Shown here: in pieces, positions 37,588 through 47,696 of the stretch
Layout: every line of letters starts with the position of its first letter
Numbering within the stretch: position 1 is the first letter of the stretch
From: Massalongia carnosa
Taxonomy: Eukaryota
Length of the DNA: 64,000 nt
Assembly: GCA_965645245.1 (NCBI GenBank)
Contig: OZ287080.1
Span: 1,488,001 to 1,552,000, forward strand
Direction of reading: 5' to 3'
The notes under the pieces: model-generated
What the model saw: the letters and a program-made list of their open reading frames with translations, nothing else
Databases searched by the model: none
What the model was told of the DNA's origin: nothing
Made by a program: the position numbers and the translations under genes

Positions 37588-37840
37588 CACGCGGTGCGAA
37601 AAATAGTTGACACACCAAAAATATAAAATAATTATGATAGGCTACATCGTTAAGTAATACATTTCAAAAAAGTTAAGGTGAATTTGAACACATAACTCTA
37701 TTACTCTATCAAGTCTGTTTTACTGGTTCATCTGTTGTTGATTTTCTATATTATGTTGAAGCTTTGATAGTTGTGTAGTTTTATGCGATGCGTACTGACG
37801 AGTTTTGGTGTGTCAACTTTTTTTCGCACCGCGTGCCTTG
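37588..37840. mobile_element. Non-autonomous Tc1/mariner-type MITE (~255 bp)
   Basis: TIRs 37588-37620 / 37803-37840 (one mismatch), ends CCTTG|TA, AT-rich non-coding interior. The left CAAGG terminus is missing. Confidence 0.88.
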
Positions 37841-38157
37841 TACCATAATAGTTCGAATTTAAAATTTCACCCAAAACCTCCTTCCTATTTCGCGCGACTT
37901 TGCACATATCCCCTTGGCCGCTGCGTCAATCTTTGATCTTATAGTCATCTATCATCCTTGATCAGTTTTGATAATGCTAGGAATCTTCGGAATCGAGATC
38001 GTAGATTCGAAACGCTGGGTGGGGGGGACGACGGAAAGTCGGCTTTGTTGAAGAATATTCTGTCTGGCTTGCTCGGTCGTTTTCTTGTTCAAAAACTCAT
38101 CATAACTCATCGATGTTCTAAGTATCAAAGCTTGAAAGAGGCCCTCCTTCCCAATTA

Positions 38158-40120
38158 TCAACTCCCCCACTCCATCCCTTCGCCTTCCCCTCCGCTCTCC
38201 CTCTCTCGCTCCTTCCCCTCCTCCCCTTCGCCTTCCCCGTCTTCTTCCTCCAAAGCCTCAAAGGCCATCATCTTCTCCCCCTTCACCTCCACCCCCTCCT
38301 CCACCACAAAACCTCCCTGCACCTCAACATCCCTTAACACGGCGCCCTTTCCCACTCTTACCCGCCTACCCACTACGCATCCGCTCAGCACACACCGTTC
38401 GCCCACTTCCACCTCGTCCATCAGCACACAGCGCGCCAGCTTCGCGCCTGCGCCCACGCGACACCCGGCGCCGATGACGCACTCTTTGATCGAGGCGTGG
38501 GTGGCGATGGTGGTGTTAGGACCGAGGAGGGTAGTGGGAGCGTGAACGGTGGTTTGGGGCGCGATGAGTGAGGGGGTGCTGATTTTCTGGGGGTGTGAGT
38601 GCGGGTTTGTGGCGGGGGGATAGGTGGCAAGGTGGAGGGAGGTGGTGAGAAGGAGGTATGGAGTGTCTACACGGAGGAGGAGCGGTTGTGGGCTTACGCC
38701 GGGGGGGGACGGGTGAATGTAGGCAAGCATGAGGGGGATAGGGGATGGGTTGGACCGCAGGCGTGAGGAGGAAGGAATGAGGGTGCTGGTACGAGTGGTG
38801 CTCATGCTAGCAAGGTCGATGTCGTCTTCAACCAAGCCGCTATGATGGCTGTTGCTATCGACGCCGTCCTTTTCTTCCGTAGTGGTGGGCGAGGCGGCGC
38901 CGTCAAAGATCTGGCGCAAGCCGAGCTTTTCTGCCAGCCCGTCCTGCCAGCTGGCTTTGGCCCAGCAACCCACTAGGTCCTCACCGATGCTGTCAAAGCG
39001 CTCGTTGCGTTTCACGAAGTCTAGCACCCAGTACGGGAAAACGTATACATGGGCGTCGCGGTGAGTGGTCAGCATCCGGATGCGACTATGTTTCCGGAGC
39101 AGCCCGTGCCGAATCGGAAAGCTTTTCTTCTCCTCGGTGATATCGCGCAGGGTGTCTTTAGTGGTGGCGTAGACGAGCTTGGAGATGTGCGGTCGTAGCG
39201 AGTTTTCCGGAGGGTGGGTGGTGGGAAGGGGAAGCGGAGCGGTGATGAGGAAGTCGGTTTCGGTTCCTTTGACGCTGCTTTCCGCCTTCGTTTGATACCA
39301 AACGCCGAGGCCGCCGCGGCGTCCGCCTTTTTCGCCGCTCAGGCTCATTTTTGGGCCCATATAGTCGAAGGAGTTAGCGGCGGCACCACCGAAACCGGAT
39401 TCTTGAACCATCCATGCTTCCAGCAATGATTCGCCGGGAAGCTCGCAGATGAGGTCGCATGGTAGAATCAGGAAATCGCCGGTAATGGCGGCTTGCACGT
39501 TGGGGTGACGGAGGATTTCAGCGGTTCCCGAGTTTTGTGTTATGCTCTCTGGGGCGAGGATATCGGCTTTGGGAAGGGGGAGAGATGTAAGGTGGGGATT
39601 CTGTGATAAGGCGGCTTCAATCGCTTTCGATGATGAGGGCGGAGTGATGAGATGAATATCTTTCCCATATTGTGGTCAGATTTATTTGTCCGTCTCCATT
39701 GAGATCATAACGAGCTAACAACCCTAGATTCAGGAACAAAGCAGCATTCTGATAGGGACCAAATGGAGAGAGAAATGAGACGCTTTTTCGCCAAGACAGT
39801 ATGAGCAACGTTGAAGGGTTTCCTCCCCTAACGCTCGATTAAGTTAAGAAAATCGATAGCACCCAATACAACTTCTGAGCAAACGAAAAACTTAAGTTTT
39901 CAAATATCGATGATGAGTTAGGAGATTGATGGTACACACTAGTAATGCCCATTCGATAGCACCAATCCAGAGGATACCATACCATGGGCCGGTTTGCAAT
40001 CGGAAGCAATGCTTTCGGAAAGTCTTGGGGGTGGGAAGTGAAGGTGGTTAAGGAAAGGCCAGGGCCACATAGAATGAGGGCTTGAAAGCCTGGCGATGGC
40101 ACCGCCAGGGCATGAGGCAT
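38158..40120 (-). CDS. GCD1: Translation initiation factor eIF2B gamma subunit; intron 39660-39939
   Basis: FQALILCGPG, PKALLPIANRPMVWYPL, GTAEILR, DFLILPCDL, C-terminal left-handed beta-helix hexapeptide repeats. Confidence 0.93.
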
Positions 40121-40417
40121 CTTGAAGGTAGCCTTGAGAATAAGAACGAGAACGAGGATCAGTCTCGCTATTTGGAATTGTAGAAGGAGAATTTGATATT
40201 GGGGGGGTATAATGTCCTGTCCATAATGGGTCAGATGAAAATGTTCAGCCTTATGAGGCGATTTTCGCCGTCCAGAGTACATGATTTTCATCACGTCAAT
40301 AACAACTGGCTATCCATCCATCGGATTAACATATATCTATATTCCGAAGAAATAGCTCAAGAACCCAAAGCTCAATGAATAGTAGCACTCTCACGTGAAA
40401 CGTCGTTCACGTTTGAT

Positions 40418-41790
40418 ATGGCGTACTCCTACGATCGCTACGACCGTCGGCAGCCCCGCGGCGCGTCACGAAGGAGTACCTTGGGTTACTGGTTGCCTTT
40501 AGCATTGACTGTCACAGCCGCGACAGTCGGTATTGCAGCATGGATTTGGAGTGAACGAAAGGATGACGAGTCGGATGATTATCATAGGAAAGGAGACGGC
40601 CGTCCATCATCAGGACCTCCGCCCGGATTCAGTGACTCCAGGCCGGAACAAACCCCTCACCAGCGTCGAGATGTTGGCCAGCACCTGGAGGATGAGAGCA
40701 TGGTGGCTCGCATGTCAGGTGCTTTGAGACGGACACCTAGCCCACAGCAGCTCTTTGACGGTGCTAGTAGACGTGTTGCAGCAGGTGTTGCGGCGGCTGG
40801 GGCTGCTGTGGGCGGTGCTCTTTCATCAATTCGAGAGGAAGATAAAAGGGACTTTGAGGACCATTCAAGGTGGTCTGAAGAAGCAGCATCACGTACCGGA
40901 GGCTTAAAGGCTAGCTTGGAAGCACGAGAAGCCCAGAACCTGCCTGAACCTGAACCACGATCTGTAGACGGTTTGTCGTCTGCACACCCGGTCACTCAAC
41001 TGGGCCCAAGTAACAAGGGAAAACGAAAGATAGTGGCGATTATACTCTCTGCAGACACGGAATATAACAGCCATGGTGACGATGAGTCTTACCTTCAAGA
41101 GCATGCTGTAGGGTAACCAGTTGTATTCTTTGCGACTTGATCAGCTAATGTCAGTCGCAGTCTGTTCTATCTCATCTTCCTCATCATATAGAGTCGGGTT
41201 TACGCCTTTTCGTTCTTATCTACGCCCCAGACCTTAAACACCACCCGCTTGGTACAAGTTCCCAAGCCTCACAGGCTCCCGTATCCCTCACTTCATCCTA
41301 TTCCAACATTGGACATGATGAAGTCCAAGGCCATGGAGAGGACGGTCACAGACCTCTGTCTATGATTGATCCAGATCCTATTTCGTCACCCTCAAAATCC
41401 AAGAAGTTCGATGCTCTGTATAAGGAGGCGCAATCGCTGGTTGAGAATGACACAATGATCATGCCCTTTACTACTCCAACAGGCCACATTCATCTCCTAC
41501 GTCATCTGGCTCCCGAAATTACCTACATTCAAGAAACGTTAACTGGCTCTCGAGGAGATGTGCTGACGAGCATAGCCAACTGGGTGGGCCAAACTGTCCT
41601 TGTCGTCGGTGATGAGAGCGGTCATGGAGGGCTTGTTGACAGTGAAGACGAGCGTGGCCATTCCGGGGAGGGTGTCCGAGAACGATGGTGGCAGGATGAT
41701 CCTAGGATTGGCCTGGGCAAAGGTGTGGAAGTCGTCGAGGGTCTGCGATTAGGCGAGGATTGGAGGAGAAGGGTTGGCGGTCATGATTGA
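40418..41790 (+). CDS. Peroxin Pex22-like protein of filamentous fungi; intron 41108-41160
   Basis: LGYWLPLALTVTAATVGIAAWIWSER anchor, ALSSIREED..DFEDHSRWSEEA, VVGDESGHGGLVDSEDE, GEDWRRRV. Family assignment is from recall. Confidence 0.75.
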
Positions 41791-42486
41791 GTACGCAAGT
41801 GAACAACAATGTTCAATGCTCTTTGGAAATTGATGGCGTTGGCTTTTGATATTGAATTTAGTGTATTTGTTTTTAGGTATGAAGGAAAGTGAAGGAATTG
41901 TTTTCTAAAGCCGTTAGCGTATTTTCAACATGGAGTAATTCTCCAACCAAGAATTTATCGCCATTATTCAGCAGCAGTACTTAAGGGGGGGCAACGCGCT
42001 TGAACCTTCGGGAGAGGGAACCCTCTGCAGTGTTGAGCTGTAATTGTGGCGTTGATAGTTACCTGCCAATTGTCTAATTGATGATTGAAGATAGATTACA
42101 GAAGTGACAATTAGTTAAATACGAAGCTAATGAATTAAATTTACAAGTGAAACACATGCTTCAACATCCTATATCTTTTGTTCACCATCAGCAATAACTA
42201 TACATAAACACACAACATATTCCGATCGTACTTCGCTCTCTTGTTCAGATCCTACCAAATCAATTATCTAGTTATTCATCATTTTCCGACTTCAGCAAGC
42301 CCACCATCCAAACCCAACAGTCGAATAGCTCGCTTTGGTCTCCCGCTCAGCCACATGTCGCTGGCAACGTCTACTGGAGGAACCAGGAGTTCAGTGGATG
42401 CTCTGGCCGTCCACTATTCTAAAAGATATTATCAGCACGACTCATAGGGTTTGCGCAGCCCTAGCCCAGAGGATCATAATTGAGTG

Positions 42487-45400
42487 ATGGCGACCGCTCT
42501 GGCTACAAAGCCCGCCCCGCCCCACCAGAAGATGAAGCGCCCACCACCTCCAGTACAGACTGCCCTCAATGGAGTCAGATCCTCTCACTCTTCTCCTTCA
42601 CCTTCTCTCAGCTCAAAAAGACCGCCACCTGGTTTTAAACAACCTCCAAGCGCCTTGGTGGTCAATGGGGTTAATGGCAATATAAATGGAGGTGGGCAAC
42701 GCTCGAGCAATCGGAGAAGGGATTCACAAAAGCTGGGGGACTCTTCAGGCCGCCTAGCTAGGCCGGGCAAGACTGGGCAAGGTGAAGGGACTCTTGATCG
42801 GAGGCTTCAGAAAAGAAAGCCTGAACCATATGGTACGTATACGCTTTCAGCAATCTGCTGGATAGGAACAGCTACTAAACGGAATGTGTGAAGTCAAAAC
42901 TCCCGGGTATATTCTGAAGAAGTACCAAAGTTCTCCTCCTTCCCTGATCATTCATTTACACCCCACTCATTTTCGATTCGATCAACAAGACGGCAGTTTT
43001 TCGTATAATTCCTCTATGAAGGTTATATTGGAACATATTAAATCATCAACGGTCCCCCATGATATGATGGAGGACTTTGCAGCCGCTAAAATAAGATTTT
43101 ATGAAGGTAAGCGGTAATCCGTCCAGTTCCTCATCTACACATGCTTATTCTCTTCACTAGGATGTCTGATTGTACAGATTCACGACCACAAAAGTATTTC
43201 GTCAACTTCTTCGGCATCTACGAGCAACGCAACAGCTGACAATCACGTACCTTTCTCAATACACAACTACAACGAACACTTAACGCCCTCTCCCTATGTG
43301 CCATACCCGAAGTCCACAAATACCAACGCCGGCGGCAAGGATGCCAGAAGTGGGCCTACCGGGGGAGGGAGTTCGAGCAATGAAGCGCCGAAACCAACGG
43401 GCCAAGCAAAGGCATCCAAAGACAGCTCAGCTTCCAAGGGTCCCAGGATTTTTACTACGGTCCTATTCCCAACGCCACGTTCATTACACGAGGAAGTCAT
43501 TGCCTATGCCAATATGATAGATCCTCGTCCAAGCAATCGCAAACAATCGCAAGCTAGTATCAGTCGGACGCCCGCCTCAGCAACTCTACCCCATCCCCCA
43601 ACGCCGTCCTCTACGATCCCTCCAACACCTTCCGCTACGGGACCACCCGCAAAAAGGCAAAAGATGCTCATCAATGAAAAGGATCTTCTTGAATTTGAAA
43701 GCAAAACTATCATGGCTACCACTTCTCCGCTCTTCCTAGAGCCTGCGACGGACTATCATCATGCTACAATAATCCTCGAAAAACTTACCGATACGCTCCA
43801 CCAACACAACCCTCCTCCTCCCAAGACGCGGAAGAGAACTGTTGCTGAATTAGCTGCCGACGAGGCGCTTGCCGCTCAAGAGCAACGCTTCATGCTCATT
43901 ATGGACGAAAGACTAGGTCCTTCAGCATCTGCTAACTCGACCGGAAAAACTGGCTCAGCTGATGGTGAGGCGGGTGCTGTATTATTTGAGCCGAGCTTTG
44001 AAAAGTTCAAGACAATTGCGGGAATTAAGTTAGCGCTCCAAGAGAAAGCGCAACGAGAACAAGAAGCCAAAGCCCAATTACAAGCTTTGGCAACCGCTAA
44101 CAAAGTCAAAGCCGAACGACACGAACAAGAAATGCAGAGGCAAGCTCAAGAACAAAAGTTGGTCGACAACGCCAGGAGGGAGCAAGAAATGCGTAGAATA
44201 CAAGCTGTTCAAATTCAGGCCCAGCAGCAGCAGGCGGTCCAGAAGGCGGCTCAACAGGCCCAACAGGCGGCTCAGCAGGCTCAGGCCCAGGTCCAGGCCC
44301 AGGCACAAGCTCAACAGGCTCAACAGGCTCAACAGACTCCACAGACGCAACAGACTCAACAGGCTCAACAGACTCAACAGGCTCAACAGACTCAACAGAC
44401 TCAACAGACTCAACAGACTCAACAGACTCAACAGGCTCAACAGACTCAACAGGCTCAACAGACTCAACAAGCTCAACACGCTCAACAGACTCAACACGCT
44501 CAACAGACTCAACAGGCGCAAGTACAAGCAGCTCAAAACCAACCAAATCTAGCAGCGTTGCAGCAACAGCAACAGCAGCTAGCAGCGAGTCAGACCCATC
44601 CCCATCATGCATCCCCTACCAATGGAAACGTTCAAAATATACCGCAAAATATGTTACCTATTTCACAGGCACATCAGCAATCTCCCGTTGTCCGCAACAT
44701 GACGCCACATAGCACATCTTCCCCTGTTATTGGCACTCCAAGGGTCAGCCATCCTAATCAAAGTGTTTCCATGAATATAACCTCATCCAACCAAGGGAAT
44801 GCTAGCAGTCCCGCACGTCCATCTTCTGCACTTCAGCATGGCCATCCCAATGGTGGGGTTCCAATGATCCATCAGCGAAGCCAGCAACCGCCGAGTCGCC
44901 TGGGAACACCTCAAGTGACCAATGGTACGCCAAACTTACAACAAGCTACGCCAGCGATGAACCACTCTACACCAACCTCACGCATGGGCCACGCAAGTCC
45001 ACCGAACGTGTTGCAAACCCCTGTCATGGGTCAAAGTCAAATGGTGGCACATCCTTTCACTGGGCAACCATTAACGCCACAGCAGCAGCAACAAATACTC
45101 CAACAGCGGGCTTATCATCACCAGCAACAGTTACTGATGCATCAGCAACAGCAACAGCAGCAATTGCAATTGCAAAACTCATCTCCTAACCCGCAAATGT
45201 CTCCTGACCGCTCCCAAATGTCTACCCCAACCCTTCAGCAAATGGTGACCTCCCAAAACCAACAGCGAGAACTCTACAATGCACAGCTTCGAAATCACCA
45301 CCAACAAATGAACGGCCACACCGTCAACGGCGTCTCGCCTCAGCAGCAGCAACAAAACTCGCAAGCACACCTCCACCAGCAAAACCATCCACAACAAGTT

Positions 45401-45745
45401 CATCCGCAGCAGCAGCAGCAGCAGCGATATTCCATTAACGCAGGCAACCAGCAAGTGCTTCAGACCATGCAGCAGAAGTTCTTCACCGGGCTCATGAACC
45501 AATTACAGCAGCAGTTTCACGGGGGGCAGATTCCGGAGCAGCACGTCCAGGCCGCGAAGGATCAAGCGGCCATTAGGACGCAGAACTGGTTTAGCAACCA
45601 GCGGAGTCAGGCTCTGCAAAGGCAGCAGGCGAGTCAGGCGCAAGTGCAGGCCCGGCAACTGCATCAACAGCAGCAGCAACAAATGATGGCGCAAATGGGC
45701 CATGTGCCCAATGGGGGGATGAATGGCATGGGGGCCATGCAGTGA
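42487..45745 (+). CDS. SPT20: SAGA complex subunit Spt20; introns 42833-42893 and 43107-43160
   Basis: PPSLIIHLHPTHFRFDQQDGSFSY, TVPHDMME, FYEGCLIVQIHDH, PFSIHNYNEHLTPSP, TVLFPT; Q-rich C-terminus. Confidence 0.9.
44248..44516 (+). repeat. Coding 9-bp minisatellite (RCTCAACAG)n encoding (A/T)QQ
   Basis: Directly visible inside SPT20. Confidence 0.9.
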
Positions 45746-47569
45746 TTTTTCGAGACGGTGCGGTGGGGTTTGGGGCATGTTTTCTTTAGATTTACGGGAG
45801 GTAGAAAAGGATGAAGGGTGTAAATGATGAGAATTGTCAACGACAAGAAATCGATATCTATGAATCAGAGGCGGTATACCAGGTTCCGGGGTGGGGGATT
45901 GGTTTGGGGGGACTACAGGGTTTTCAGGACTGGGTGCCATTTTTTATTTATTTTCCCCCCAAACGAGCGGAGGCGCACAGGTGCACAGTACGGGAAGAGC
46001 ATCAATGATTGCTATCATTTTCATGATTTTAATTTAACTTTCCACCAGTTTTATTGTGCACCCCAAGCTTTTTCCAACATTGCAAGTCCACGGGGTTTCA
46101 CAGTGGTTACGATCGACATCTTACGTTTTATCTCTTCTTTTCTCTCTCGCTTTCCTATTCCCGCCGCCAACCTATTCCTTCCTTCCTTCCTATCTGGACA
46201 AGAAGAGAAGGGGTGGGGGTTGGTGTTGTAATTAATTTCGGTAGCCTTGACTTTACTAGTCAATCCGATCCAAATGTTCTCTTATAACTACCTACCTGAT
46301 AGGTTCCTGATATATTGGTGGATATTGGCACTCTCCCAAACGATGCTTGCTTGCTCTTGAGGCGGCGGGGGGGGGGCGTTGCTGATCTCTAGATTTTCTT
46401 ATTTTCTTTCAGAAGAAATTTTCATTCCTCTCTTCTTTCCCCCAATCCCCCGCTTCCGCCCTTGTCTGCCTATCTCTTTCATATTCTTCGTTCATTCCTT
46501 GGTTCGTTCGTTCGTTTCCCTCTCCTTCCCTCCCCTCCCCAACTCTAACCCTCAGCACTTGACATCCCCTTCCTCTTGGCCAAATTCGCCCTTAACGGAA
46601 ACCGTGTTGAGATTGAAATTAGGATTGAAGGTGGTATTATCATTGAAAAAGTTTGTAAGGAGGAATGTGGGAGAGGAATGTGGGAGAGGTAGAGAGAGAG
46701 AGAGAGGAAAGGCTGGGTTAGGGTGGGTAGATAAGTAAGTATTCGTTATGACGAGTTTTTAATGTGGGTTATCTCTTTTTCTTTGTTGTGGGAGGAGGGG
46801 GGTGGATGGAGTGCGAGAAAGAAAAGGGGGGGGAAGGAGGGGTCTGGATTGAGCTTGTCAGAGCGGGGATCGGGGAGGTTTGAAAGAAGGGGGAAAAACA
46901 AACAAACCAAACAGACGGGATTAATTGGAAAGGGAAAAAGCAGACGAGGGCAGGAGAAAATCATATGTTGGTTGTAGGGCGGAGAGTTCGGTTTGATTTA
47001 CATGCTCTCATGCTCATCATTGCAAGGGCGATTTCTGCATCATCCTGAACCGCAATTCCTCCCTCTCTGCGAATCTCGCTGTTTCATGATTCGGTTCGGC
47101 GTGTCTTAGGAAGTAAAGCTTAAGTAGTTAGAGGTTGGCAACCAACTCTTTGTTTATTTGCCTTCTATCCTGATAGGAAAAGGCATGTATAAGGAAATGA
47201 AGGGGTGAAGAAGACTGTTTGTTGTTTGTTCCTTTTCTTGGACGGTTTACTTCTAGGGAACATATTTGGTATATCTGGATGAACGGACGCAATAATCTAT
47301 TGATATGTAGATAGATGTACTATATAGCATTGATACTTTATGAGTAGAATAAAACTACTTAGACGTTCGCGACTTGAAGAATCTAAAAGGTGCACGGGGA
47401 ATATATCTTGTTGAGAAGTGGTGCATGGGCCAATCTCAACACTCCAAAAAAAAACTTATCCAGTCAACACCAATGCTAGTTAACCATTACGGCATAAACT
47501 CTAAGAATGCGCTCCTCGACGCTATACCCATCTCCAGAACCTTCCCCCCCGAAAAAAAACCAAAAAAAA

Positions 47570-47594
47570 TGCGACTAATGTGGATCGAACACAT

Positions 47595-47625
<31 letters not shown>

Positions 47626-47696
47626 TGCAATCGTTATTAGTCATGATTTACTGATTTTGAATGGTGGAGGATTCTTACCAACTGAGCTATACTCGC
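47570..47696 (-). tRNA. tRNA-Phe(GAA) interrupted in the D-loop by a 54-nt spliceosomal-type intron (47625-47678)
   Basis: Exons GCGAGTATAGCTCAGTTG + GGAGAGCGTCAGACTGAAGATCTGAAGGTCATGTGTTCGATCCACATTAGTCGCA form a 73-nt cloverleaf, followed by a T8 terminator. Confidence 0.93.

Noticed and set aside
44078..44612. Antisense (LLS)n and (VES)n ORFs
   Set aside because: Shadows of the Spt20 minisatellite.
47625..47678. Insert read as a canonical or BHB-type tRNA intron
   Set aside because: It is not at 37/38, no bulge-helix-bulge pairing is evident, and its ends match GT/branch/AG signals instead.
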